From Somniosus microcephalus (taxonomy: Eukaryota), in the NCBI GenBank assembly GCA_052327205.1, contig CM126230.1, positions 27,280,001 through 27,344,000 of the forward strand: a stretch of DNA of 64,000 bases, read 5' to 3'. The position numbers and the translations under genes are program-made. Each line of letters opens with the position of its first letter. The stretch's first letter is position 1. Shown here piece after piece: positions 11,731 to 24,800 of this stretch. The notes beneath the pieces are model-generated. The model made no database searches. It saw only the letters and a list, made by a program, of their open reading frames with translations, and was not told the origin of the DNA.

Positions 11731-14700
11731 TATTAGTGCTTTCCTTGTAATTACTGAAATCCAAAGCAACTGGAGAAGTTTAAACTGGTGATGGGAGAAA
11801 TTCTCAAATTAACAGAACAGCCACTATGCTGATGCTGAGGAGATGGGGTGAATGAAAATTCAGAAAAAGTCAATACAGATCAGCTCTTACAAATCGCTCA
11901 TGGCGATCAGTTATGGAGAATGCAAAATAACTTGAATGGGCAAATAAAAAGTTGAGCTTATTACCAAGCAGGCCTCGATGGAATTCAGGTTGAGTTCGAA
12001 TTAACCAACAAAAAAAATATACAAATCTGGCAAAGAAAAATTTACACATTTAACGTGATCTTACAGCACAAAGAAAACCCCTTCAACTCAGGCAAGAAAT
12101 ATATATTCTGGGGGTTCTTGAGGCTATAACCATGCCGAGCAACTCATCTTAAAAACCCTGCTCTCTAATTTAACAGCCACAGTTATCAAGCTTGAATGGG
12201 ACAGGGTCAGATGGTCGGTTTCCATGAGGGGTCAAAAAGACCCTATTGGCTTGTTAAGGGTTTTGTCTCCAGGGAAATATAAAAATTAGGATTGTGACTG
12301 AGGTGACCAGAGCTGCCGCTCTTCTTTTCCTGAAAGAACACTGGAATGAAATGGACGTGGGAGGGAATGCATAGAGTTACTCTCCACCTGAAGGGATTTT
12401 GTTTCCATGGTTATGTTAGTACCTGTTACTGTGAGGAAATTTCTAATTAAAGTTGCCCATTTTCAGATGCTGCCTCTAAATGCCTAGTGGGGAGATTGCT
12501 TCCATGGTTACATTATATTCCTAATATGAAAACATGCCAGAATGTGATCTTACCTAGCAAATAGGAGGCTGGCAAATCTACTGGCTGACTTCCACATATA
12601 AACAGTATTGTTCATCCTTGTTAATGCCGAGGGCAGTGTCCTAAATTCAAGGCAACTTCAATGCCACTCTAACAATGAATAGACCATGGTAAACCCCACA
12701 ACTGTACATATCTATCACAGAGTGCACGAGGTCAATTCTCCTCCAGAGACCCCAAAATCAATCTATCCATGACTGAAAAAGCTGCCGTGCTTCCTATTTG
12801 ATGACAACTATTGGGAGACGTTAGAAAGAGCGGATGTAACTTACTGGTAAGTTCCAACACACCTTAGAGGAATGTTTACTTACCTCGAATGATGTTTTCA
12901 GATTATTCCTCTTCACTAATCATTTATATTCTTATACCCTAGGTGGATGATACCCTATAAACAGAGGTAGGCGGTAACTGATGAATACTGAAATAATGAA
13001 GACATTGGACCTCCAGTAAACCTCTGTTGCTAAGTTTGCAGACCAGTCAGGAGTACTAATGAAGCAGCTAGACTTTAGTGACTTATTCAGATTAAAATGG
13101 AATTATAACTAGCAAAACTAGGATCAAAGGGAAGATCATATAATTAGTGAACAGGAATACTCTGAGAAACACCCTCCATCTGAACTGTATCTTCACTAAT
13201 CCATTATGTTCTTATGCCATTGGTGGTTAGACCAATGAAAAGAGAACGCAAAATAGGGGTACTCAGCTCACTCTTCCCCCAGAACACATCTTTATCTTTT
13301 TGGGAGAATAAAATTAAGTGTAGGAAGAGTCTACAGGCAAGGATAGTGGGTCCACAAATTCTCTTATTTTAGAAGATAGTTTAATGGAAAAAACACTGTT
13401 TCCACAGTTGAAGAAGTGGATTCAATGCTGTTACTTTTACCCCTTTTTTCCAAAAATCAGAGGTCAATATTAGGATTCCACTGGTGAACAAATAGATGGC
13501 TCACTAGCCAACTTAAAGAGGTGATGCTGAAAGAATCTGGAAAGATGATAATGTGAACCAATATAGGAAGCACAATATTTGCTAAAAATGTAATCATATC
13601 TGCACACACAAAAATACTTTCAATGCAGACTTTCCTGAAACCTCTACTACAGCAAGTTCGATATGTATTATTTAGTTCAGATATATATTTCTTGTTCTTA
13701 GTTCATTGCATCTATATTTTTTACCCTTCTCTAAAGTGAAGAGAAAAATTCTTCAAACTTAAGCTGGCCCACCATCTCTCCAAATAGCTAACTGCTTTTA
13801 TTCCCATCACCACCTTATTAACAGCTAGGTTGTCAGTTAATCCACATCTCTGCACAGTGCTAGATCCTACAGCAAGAAGATCTTCTTTCTTGCAGCACAG
13901 AGAAATTGGTTTCATTCCTCACTTTTCCATTAGATTTGGCAGCAGAGGTCTGTGAGGTTAGCGTGGAGCTATTAGTATCAGTCTTCTCCCATCTGACTCC
14001 CTGGAATACTTTTGACATCACAGGAGTAGAGAAAAGTTAATTGTGAATGGAGGAAATATAGCTCATGAAGCAGATATTTAAAATGCAGAAGAATGAACAG
14101 CATTGATGCAAAGGTTATTTAACTTGCACTATGCATTCACAACCAGAGGGCAGGAATTTAAATTTAAGAAGCTTCACCAAAACATGAGATTAGAAGGAAT
14201 CCTTCTCAACCCTCAACAGGGTAGTGGATATGTAGAACTAATGTCTAGATGAAGCAGATCACAATATTAATTAATACCTTTAAAGAAGAGCTGGACAAAT
14301 AATTAGTTAGTAATAGGATGGCAGGTTATAATCCTTAGTACAGAAGAAAAAATATGGCATGCAATTTGATGGATCAGGTTGTTGGGAAAGTGAAAATGTC
14401 ACACTAAGGATGATCTACTGGAGAATTTAAGGCTAAATAGGCATTCTGGAATTTTGGTCATTTATCTTTGGGGCAGGGAGAAACTTTGTAGACCTTTGCT
14501 TAGAAGGTTAGCTGCATTGAGAAGAGTCCATGATCAAGGTGATTCTATATGTTTTGTCTGGCCAAATGCACTTTTCTCAGCTTCATGCTTTTTTATATTT
14601 TTTTGTAATAAGTTAGTTGATCTTGCCTAGAGCAGTGGTGAGGTTACTACAATTGGCTTCACTCTGCCCAAGCTAGAAAGAGCAAAATTTTGAAGTCCCA

Positions 14701-17700
14701 TTCTAGGCGACCAATCAGGGAATTTTACTGGCAATTGTGCACATGTGGGTGTCAGGATAAGACAGAATCAAGCTGAGCTGTAATGGCCCTTACAGTCAAA
14801 TATGCTACCTAGACTCACAAATGAAGGATAGTAATTTGGTTGGTGTAGCAAAGGGCTACCAGAAACCAAGGAATTGTACCACTATGAATCATTGCTTTTG
14901 GACATAAGGGGAGAAAAGCAGAAGGAAAATAATGCCATGTAGTACTGTATTGGGTTACTGAAACCCATTTGTAGTACTTTTTTATTCAAGGATTACAGCG
15001 ACGAAAAAACTACCAATTCTGCAGAAGGGTGTTCTAATTGATACTTAACCAAGTTCCCAGGAACAAGTTTAGCCACCCTTGAAGGCACCAATGTCATTTC
15101 AGAGGTCACATCAGGTTATTCGTCATACATATCCTCAGATATCATCAACATTGATAGCTGAGGGAATGGTTGTATATAGCATCCTCTGTTCTGTTGAGAC
15201 AAAGTCCATACATATTGATGCAGCCACTTGCATTTTGATTTTGTTTAACAGTTTGACGCATCTAGATGGAAGTATTCAGTCCCAAGCTCAGACTTCCCTT
15301 CAAGCATGCTTTGGAGAATGCCCGCGAAAGTCTCACACCTCTGGAAGATGAGGTGATGGAAATCTCATTGTTGCCGATGTCTCAGAGTCAAATGCTTCTA
15401 GGGTTTGTGTAATTTTGTCTGATAGCTTGTGCATCAAATGGGAGACCAAGTCAATTAAGTCGACCTCAGAGGTCAATTCATGCATTCAAGACCAGTTTAG
15501 CAATCCCCTGCTCCAAATCTTTAAAATAAGGTGCATTAAGGTGACAACCGTGTAGACAACTTTTTGGAACAAGTGGAAGACAAAAAGAATGTCTTCTATA
15601 GGTAACTGCTTTGAAGACAGTATATCCTGTGAGTTCTCTTCTTCACATAGTAAAGGACATAACCTGAAAGAACAGCAGTACAAGCATGGATTAAAAACAT
15701 AACCCATGACTGCTGAGGAAACAAAGACTGGCACACAAACTGAGAACAAGGGATCATGGAGGTCAAACATCATCATTCTTTTGAATATAGAAGAGTTGCC
15801 TCTGCCGCACACCCCCCCCGCCCCATCCCCCAACTGACTGTGGCTGTAAGGCACGATCCACCTAGGTTTGGAGAATACAGATGATTAGTAAAGACGCAAT
15901 GCAAATGAAATAATGGCTTCTGCGACAGCAGAAATAATGCCACCTGCATATCCCATGTCTGATGCAAGGTTCAGACCACAATGTTCTGGAACTATTCTAC
16001 CAAGAAGAAAACGGTGCTGAAGATGTCTAGAAACAGTCTCCAGTAATTATCAAAGCGCAAATCAACTGTTTCTTCTCCAAATTAGTTTGGTGACCCAATT
16101 ACCTAAACAAGACCTGTTCTACGAGGACACCATTGAGTCTCCAAATGCACAAATTGTCCAAATATAGGCTACCAATACTGGCATGCTTTTTATAAATACT
16201 CTTGGGTTCATAGTTACTCTTGAATGCGAGTACTAGCAGCACGCTAGCACTTTTACCTTTTTTTAAAAATCCAGAAGTCCCACATGAAGGTCTCATCCAA
16301 AGTGCACTTTTAACCTGTGCAACTATGTAATCCAATAACACTTGCGTTACCATCCAAACAGATTTGTTTTTCGATGCTAGTCAGGGCAAGATCCCTATCC
16401 TTTTTAATTGGATTTTTCTACATTATCCATGGCTCACAAAATGGGTATCCAGGTATCTGCCTATATCATTTTAGAACTAGCTAGAAACTGTGAGAAACAC
16501 GTGTGGAAACCTTCGCTTCCTCCGCACCCCCCCCCTTTCCTGCTGAAGAAATACCTAGCCTCTACAAAGTGCCTCCGCACAGTGACATCACAGATATTGC
16601 GTTACTCGTTAATTGGAAATTCATGAGGAAGCACTCGCATCCCATCATGCCGAGGGCAGCTCCAGACAAGCAATTTCTCTACAGTTACTAAAAAAGCGTT
16701 ACACTTGATCTTGGCCGACTTATTCCACAACTTTCAACAAATGATTCACTAGTACCCTGTCCAGAGAAACTGATTAGCCACAGTGAACAGGTGAACTGAA
16801 ATTGTCATGATTCTTTTTGGGTCTACACTGATATGGCTCCAATTCTACTGAAAACCCCAGCTGTAGGAGGTGGATAAAATGAATAGAATAAACTTACTAG
16901 TCCTCACTAGCTCACTGCTATGCATGAATGGAAATTGGGGTCGAGTTCCTTGCAACTGTGTTTCTGGCCTGTCAAACCTCTCTGAATTCGGATTGCACGT
17001 CTAGCTTGTGTTCAAAAAAAGCATGCTACCCTTGTTCTCAAAAAAGCATGCTACCCTTTCTGTGTATGATGGGCCACACCAATTAATGAAGCCCAGTGGA
17101 CAGTCAACATGCTAACAATCTGGCTGCTGTGCCTTTAGCATCAAATGTAACTGTCAGCTGTGACAAGCCCATAGTCGTCCTCATTGATCTGACATCTACT
17201 CAAATGACCTCGGAAACCCAGGCCTTTCCTCGCTTCCTTTAGTTTGCAACAACAAAAATGAAAATAATTTGCTAGCTCACTTACAGCATTTGTGTTGCGA
17301 GAACTAGTTAGGTACCCACAGTAAATCAATCTAATTTATCCTGTTACCAGTATATGATTCAGAAAGTAGCAATGGAGGCATCAAAGTGATGGAAATACCC
17401 TTGTCTTCAACTAATTAAAAACTACGTCTTATGTGACAAAAGCTAACTGGTTGGCCCGAGTGCTGGATGACAGTGCAAACAATCCTAGAGTCAGTCAGAA
17501 GTAACAAAGTCCTAAAGCAAAGTTTTCTTAGATTTTGCAAATGAGCACAAAAATTCATTGAAAAATAGCTATCTTCCATACCCGATATACTGTGAACAGG
17601 TTAGAATTGTTGTGACACTGCAAATTCAGTCAAAAAGGCGGGGTGTGAGAGGGCGGGGTGTGAATAGTGCAAAGGTTTGTCTTGCATTAATGAAATGTAA

Positions 17701-18429
17701 TATGTAACAAGTTTAATATGAGGTGAAACTCTTCAGTATTTTTCAGAATGGATTATGTTTGGGTCAGAAATATAAGAGCAGAGGGACTCTGAGCACCTTG
17801 GCCACTTGCCAAGTGATTTCTAGTCTTCTAAGAAGTTGTTAAGAGCATCATACTCGGAGTGTGAAGTGCTGTACTTAGACACACTGTCCTTTCACTCGAG
17901 TTACTAACAGTTACCAAATCAGTCAGATGCAAGTTCTAGGGAAAGAAATCTGGACTGAAAAGGTTGTGACTGAAGCATGATAGAACAGTGCTGCTACATG
18001 TCACAGAGGGATTCCATTAACCTCATAAAAGCTAGGACTGGGTATTGTCCCATCAAGACACCGCTAAGATTGATGAATGAGGCAAGTGGGCCTTGTCTGA
18101 AACTAATAGGATCCCCTGTTCCACGGTGTGCTGAGTGTCTCACTATCACCTATGTTGCATCAACACCAACATGATAAATGGGAGATCAAGGTTTGAAGGT
18201 AGTATTAAATGAAGACAACAATATAGCAAATATACAATATACTTTTCCTCTCAATGTAGGATCTAGATGCTGGCATTTCTCCCCTTTTTTCTTTCTTGGA
18301 GCTAATGGGAAGACTTGAGAGAGGCACTTTTTCCCCTGAGGCAAGAGCATTTCATTTTATATTTTCTCCCAACTACTTCTTTAAAAAAAAAGGGATATTT
18401 TAATTTTTTTCTTTCACAAGTTTTCTCCA

Positions 18430-18985
18430 CTAATTTTCTCCTCTCCCCTACCCTCTTAAAGGTGTGAACACCTTGCTAGGATTCGGTTCTACAGTGACGG
18501 TCATCCTCAGCTGCCTCACCAAGTGTGATTCTTCACCAATGAGTGTTTCCTAATATTTAGCCATTATAGCCAAACTCAACGCTGTTCTCACCTAATGTCC
18601 ATTCCAGTGAGAGCCATAGCTGATTTTCCCCTCTCTCACCCAGGATCAGTACTGTCCCTCCGATAGTGCAGCACTCCCTCAGAACTGTCCCTCCGACAGT
18701 GCTGTGCTCCCTCAGTACTGATCCTCCGACAGTGTAGTACGCCCTCAGAACTGTCCCTCTGACAGTGCTGTGCTCCCTCAGTACTGATCCTCCGACAGTG
18801 CTGCACTCCCTCAGTACTGACCCTCCAACAGTGCAGCGCTCCTTCAGTACTGCCCCTCCGACAGTGCAGCGCGCCTCAATTAGAACACCTCACCCATTCC
18901 CTGCTGAGTTAGTTAACTCAGCACAGACTGAAGATCAAATCCAGGGCCTTTATCATCCTTACAGCCCAGGTACTCTGGGTAAATT
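18430..18985 (-). mobile_element. AmnSINE2-like copy, antisense, split by the 33-bp minisatellite
   Basis: gctgagttagttaactcagcacagactgaagatcaaatccaggg (18902-18946) and gctgattttcccctctctcacccagg (18619-18644) are reverse complements of consecutive blocks of the 29270 copy. Confidence 0.65.
18647..18877 (+). repeat. 33-bp minisatellite (CAGTACTGWCCCTCCGACAGTGCWGYRCTCCCT), about 7 copies
   Basis: Direct head-to-tail units with no spacers. Confidence 0.92.
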
Positions 18986-20569
18986 TGCTGACCCATCACA
19001 GGAACCTTGCAGCTTCCTTTAGTATGGCTTCAGTGAGGAAAGTACATAGGTACCAGTTCAGCCCAATTATGACCAAAATTAATATAATAATTTGCAATCC
19101 TTCCTTATCTAACATTCAACTCTAATGGATATATTATTTTTTTTGGGTAATTTTTGCTGCAGTCACTCATTTTTTCAAGTTCTTTAACATTTGAAAACTT
19201 TATAATGACCAACACAATTTAAGTAAATGAATACTTTTTCGGCATAACAAGAGTTAGATTATCATCAATATGGAAAATAACATTTTTAAAGGGCATTCTG
19301 TCTGGTTTCTTCATGGACAAACTTGAGAATGGACTATATGGATACAGTGTGGAGAATTCAAATGAAGAACAAATCAATCATGTAACTCCATAATCACAAT
19401 CTTCATATAATTAAACTTTCTAGTAGTTTTCTGACACAATTTACATGATATGTCTCAGAAGTGTGCCTATCAGGATAGAAGCATCCACTGAAGCTGGCCA
19501 CAACTGATCTGAATTTAACAGAAATGTACTTAAATCATTCACACTAAGTCCAAATGCAGAAAAAAATGGTTAGTATACTCGCACAAGTTAGTTCTTCAAT
19601 TCATACTGTTTTTAAAAAATCCTTAATTACATCAGCATTTCTTCAAAAAAAATATTTTCTATTTCATTTTAGGTTCTGGTTCTGTCCTTATCCATTTAAA
19701 TGCGAATGTTCACTGATACTTGGATGGCAAAGTGTACACAATCAGAAGGTCCCACTGAGTCGGAATAAAGAGAATAAAAACTGCCTTTGAAGCGACAACA
19801 TATGCGAGGTCAAAAGACACCACATACCCCACAGACAAAGTCAGAGTGGCTCAGAAAGTTATTTGAATCACAAATTCATTCCAATCTTATATACAGAGTT
19901 ATGCAATTTTCTACATTTGTGAATTAAAATTAAATATAATTTTAGTATGTCACATATACAACATTTTAAGATATAGATCATAGGAGCACACCATCCATTT
20001 TAAATGGAACTACTTCAAAACGGATTCATTACATTCAGAGATACCTTCATGAAAATGGCAAGAAGTGCTTTATGTTTTCTAATTTATACCTAGGCTGAGG
20101 TTTCCCAACTGTAACAGTAATGATAACTCATTAAAATGATCACCATAGCTATAGTGTGTTTAAGCCCTTCATTGTACTGTACTAATCTTTTGCAAAACAT
20201 TGTTAGTTATAAGTTATCCTGGTTTTAAACACCAGTGAAGACTATTATTTTTATATACATAATACATACAAACATATGAAATATATAGTTTTTTTAAACT
20301 GTTAAACTTACTCTTTTTTGCATGGTTCGCTGACTATGATTTTCTTGCACTAAAGCATTGTGACGTATGCATCATCAGCTAAACAGCAAAGATGTATGGA
20401 ACAGGATTTTTTAACAATAGGCAAGAAGCAGTTAAAATTTTGTCCGTGCTGTATTTATTCATTACGTAACTAATTTTAAGACACACAGACTACATGAATC
20501 TGTATGTGCATTTTGTAACACAGGTCACAGATCCAGAATTTGTTTCACTACTCAAATAAAAGGTCTCAC

Positions 20570-20691
20570 CTGGAGTGATAGATCCCGTGCTTGCTTGAAT
20601 ATCTCCAAGTCCTCCTCTGTCACATTGTCCTGATGGCAGGCTACACCTTGATTTGCACTTTCTTTTTTGATATTTTTCATTTCTTCATTGT
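20570..20691 (-). CDS. KAT6B: KAT6B coding exon (DNEEMKNIKKESANQGVACHQDNVTEEDLEIFKQARDLSLQ), 122 nt, just before the MYST domain
   Basis: Manual translation resembles human DTEIKINIKQESA...VTEEDLDVFKQAQELS. Acceptor aactgcag, donor cag|gtgaga. The phase-1 start matches all three donors of the upstream exon. Confidence 0.93.
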
Positions 20692-21435
20692 CTGCAGTTC
20701 ACCAAAGCAGCACAGGAAAAATGTTCATGTACATGAGCAAAATCCACCATCACATGAATTTAATTATATGCTCTATTAACAGCTCCATAAAAAGCACACC
20801 ACTTCTCCTGGTGCTTCATTACTCAGGTGAGGTAAATTAGCATTCTTCATCTAACAATTCTAAATATTAATAATCACACAAGTAAACAAGACATGCAGTG
20901 AAGGCAGGCAGTAGCACAAAGTAAGTCAACAGCAGCATTTGCTTTATTGCTGAAATCCAGCAAGGTTGAAATTACTTTATGCAAAGAAATAAAGCAGAGG
21001 AAAAAACTTGAGTAAAATGCAGAACAGAAAGGTCTACAGTTAACACATCTGCCACTTCTCACTATCAACACTGGAAGCAAACAATCAAAATGGTTGAGCC
21101 GCTGTTTGGAAAGGGCTGGGAGAGTGAGAGGTGTAGCGTGGCAAGTTGGATGGCCATGCGATTCTACAAAGCTGTAAGCAGTGCTATGCAGGCATTTGGG
21201 ATTCTTAGTACTACAACAGATGCAAATTAAACAAGATGTTTGATCTGTGATGCAAGTTTATTTGAAAAACAATGTTAAGGTATTTAGTTAGCATTAGAAA
21301 AAGGGACAAGATGTTTTGTTTGTTTACATTCCTACAAAAGTGAAGAAGGAACAAGAGAAGAAGCTAAGGGCTACGTGACAAAATAGAGTAAACTTTTACT
21401 GGACAGGACGCAGGTTGGTTTGGACCTTTGCTTAC

Positions 21436-22328
21436 CATCGTCCCGATCACGTTTAATCCTTCCGTGTGCCAAGCTCCCCATCCCTGCTGAGGGGGTCCCC
21501 ATTTGAGGGGTCACTCTATATTTTAATCTGCCTAATATCTTGTGCTTTACAAGGAAAGAAGTTTGTCTGAAGTGAGCAACTGATTTCAGTGAGCATGTCC
21601 TGGAAGCCCGCCATCCATGGGAAAAGGCAGGGAACATAAAGCTACTACTTGTAACACCTTTCTTTTTTCGGAAATGAGGATAGGCTTTTGGTGTGGGAGC
21701 CAACTCAGGCTTATGACGCATGCGCCTAGGTGGTGCATAACTGGGATGTCCCTTTTTACGAGACTCTCTGTGAATGGTGTAAATATGAGATAGCCCATCA
21801 AAGAGTCCCTTTAGATGGCTGCTGTTCGGAAGGCTGCTAAGAGAGAGTACGCTTGATTGGCTGGAAGAACTTTGAGGGGAGTTAGCAGAAGTGGAAGTGC
21901 TGGATTTGTGCGAACTGGGGCTCTGACTAGGAAGTGGGGGTTGACAGAATGGGGTTAACTTTTGAGCAATACCTGCAGACCATATGCTAGAGTTAAAAGT
22001 GGCTGATTGTTTCAGAGTGCAGTTTTTCTTAAGCAAATAGCACTTTGAAAAGTCTACTATTTCACCACGTGCCTTTCGGCCATCAGGTGAGGGTGTAAAA
22101 AATCTAGTTAGGCCATCAACAAGACCATTAGTTGTTTGGTTAACTGTGAATGTGGAGGTGGTAGCATTCGCCAGGGTGGGGTCTGTATGAGCCAATCTGC
22201 TGCATGAGTCCTTCAGAGATGCAGCATGACCAGATGAAGGTGTGGTAGAGATTTTAGTCTTTTGACCCCTACCAGGTGACCCCCTTCCTGTGTCCATTGT
22301 CATAGATCCATCATCATTGTCAGCCGAT
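21436..22328 (-). CDS. KAT6B: KAT6B large exon (893 nt), Ser-rich linker between the PHD fingers and MYST domain, with internal alternative 5' splice sites
   Basis: ORF 21371..22378 contains [51 protein letters not shown] and [16 protein letters not shown], which are characteristic of KAT6B. Acceptor tttttcacag, donor atg|gtaagc. Confidence 0.95.
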
Positions 22329-23229
22329 CTGTGAAAAAGTGCAAAGTACAACATTACTACTAAGAAAAGAATATGCACTATTTCTAGGAGTGTTTGTAAA
22401 ATTAGGAAAATGATGTGGGGAAGAAAAATAAATGGGGAATATTGTATTTACAAATGCAAAATTCACAAATTGCATTTCTATTTGATGTGGCTGACCTTTA
22501 TATTTTCATGCATATTTTTGTTACTTTGCTCTATGTCACAGAGAGTTATTTCCACCTCATCATTTACATTGCCACTCCTCAAACCATTCTCCAGTGGAAG
22601 TGGTAAAGCAACTAAATTGCTACCAGGGCACTGCTAATGTAATTAGCCACTATAACATGCACAAGTGCAGTATAGGTAGACTTGCCCTTCATCAAAGGAA
22701 ATGTCCCACCACCTCCTCCAAATAGCTTGGCTAAAATTCAGAAATCCCACAATGGAAATCACACATGTAAAACTGCAGTGTGTCTCAACATACCAACAGG
22801 GAACGTAACTGTATAACCATCCTTCAAACTAATTTTAATAGAACAATTCAGCCTACTGGATGTGTGAGCACCCATCAATCACAGGTAATTTATTAAATAA
22901 GTACAAAAGAAAACTTTCACTAAGTTATCTCATTGACATCACCACAATTGTTCATGCATTCCTTTTGCATTTGTCCATCCATGTATTTATATTTGTGTTT
23001 TGCATTTACTCACCCAGGAGTTTTTGGAACCTACAACTTAGTTTTAGTATGATTTATAAATGCCAGCATTAAGTTATGAAGTGAACCAAGTGTCTTATAA
23101 ATTTAATTGACTGTGGTAATGTGACCGAGTTGGTGGATATTGGCAGCTATCTATTATCTATTCTTTCAAAATCCATTTGAAGAAGTGCCTCATGAGGGGC
23201 TGCACTGAAAGGGACAGCTCCCATAATTA

Positions 23230-23900
23230 TGGGTGAAGTAGGAATATTGACTGAAAACTGAATAGATAATAAGAAACCAAATGTAATTATTCAAGCTGGT
23301 AGAATTAATCATGTCCTTTGAAGTATGTGCCCGTAGAATTATACTTAACAACAGGAGAATACAGATGGGGTTTAAAAATTTTAATTTCTAAATTTACATG
23401 CCACAATTACACAGCAGAACAAGATGCATGGCAAAAAGGGATAATTTTCAAGAGATTTAGATAGGCTTTACAAAGTCTGTAACTGGTACATTATGTTTAA
23501 TGTGGTTAAAGGTGAAGCATATATATATGATAGCAAAATGAGCGGTTGTATCTTGATAAAGGTGGAGCAGGACAATGACTTGGAGAAGTCTTTAAAAACA
23601 GCTGCAGTGTGAGGTTGAGATTAATCAAAGGCAAACAGAATGTTAGGGTGCTTTGGCAGAAGCACGGAGTACCAGTCCAAAGATATGGTAGTAGCTCTTT
23701 AAAATAGGTCAGTGAAATCACACGAGAATGTTGTGCCTGGCTTTGATCATCAGCTTCCCAAAGGAGCACTGTGTCATCAGAAAGGATACAGAGGACAGAT
23801 ATAAAGGATTTAGGCAAAGATCACTGTGGTACGAGGACAGGCCAGAGGAGATTAAGATTATTTTCTTGAGCCAAATTAAGGTGAGTGGAAATGCCAGTTT
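23230..23900 (+). mobile_element. Highly decayed CR1-like LINE fragment
   Basis: Remnants include attgactgaaaactg, tttctaaattt, caagagatttagataggct and gtttaatgtggttaaaggtgaag. Boundaries are approximate. Confidence 0.45.
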
Positions 23901-24469
23901 TAATCAGTAACAGTAAATTATTTGGAAACGTAGGACATGCTTTCAAAATTAACTAGTCACTGAGCAAGTGGAAGTTCATAAGAAATTACATGCATAATTC
24001 TATGAAATTGTGGAATAATGACTATCCTGTTTGGTTCACTTCTACTGTAGTATTTGCTGGGTGATTTCTTATTCATAGAATACCAATAAGTATAGAACAA
24101 TATGGTGATGGACAGGCTTGGGACTTAGAGACTCTGAAAACAAGAGGGGCCTGCTTGATGCATCAATTCAATAGATTGCTTTAACTTAAGTCAAATTGCC
24201 TTTTCTCATTTCAGATTAAATTCTTATAACTTGTATCGTGTGTGGAAAAGTATCAAAAATAAAAATCATATTGCTCAAGATATATTACAATTACAAGTGA
24301 CCTGAACTAATTTTCCAGACAATAAAAATTCCTTGAACAACTGTTATCAATAGATGATGTTATGGCAAAACATTTCATAGTCAATATCATCCTTTGGAAT
24401 GAGGACATCAAAGGAAGTTAACATTGTTAGTTGCTTCCTTTGCAGGCACTGTCCCTCTCGGTTTCAAAA

Positions 24470-24800
24470 CAGTCCTTATCCTGTCCGGCAATACATTCTG
24501 CTTGCTCATCATACTAGTCTTCACTGACTTACATTGTCTCCCTTTTCCCCAATCAATTAAATTTAAATACCTTGTCCTCCTCTTCAAATCTCTGCATGGC
24601 TTCGATCCTCCAACACTGGCATTTTATGCATAACCACTCCCTTCGCACCACCATTGGAGGCAGAGCCTTCAGCCGTCTTGGCCAGACTCTGGCATTTCCT
24701 CTACCACGCCCCCCCTTAAAAACCTTTTCAAAACCCATCTTTTCGACCAAGCGGTCAGTCACCTCACTTAACTTTTCCTCCAAGGTTCAGTCTCTGTTCC
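24470..24800 (+). mobile_element. L2-clade LINE 3' fragment
   Basis: Translates to FTDLHCLPFPQSIKFKYLVLLFKSLHG and TIGGRAFSRLG, which are L2 ORF2 C-terminal motifs. Confidence 0.7.

Noticed and set aside
17008-17058. Two-copy ~24-bp direct repeat (aaaaaagcatgctaccctt)
   Set aside because: It is a simple local tandem duplication with no associated structure.
18647-18877. CRISPR-like periodicity of about 33 bp
   Set aside because: The units are head-to-tail with no unique spacers, there are no cas genes and the DNA is vertebrate. It is a minisatellite.
21371-22378. Treating the 335-aa ORF as a stand-alone gene, or as KAT6A
   Set aside because: Both ORF ends are intronic read-through beyond splice sites, and the peptide motifs ([21 protein letters not shown]) are KAT6B-type.
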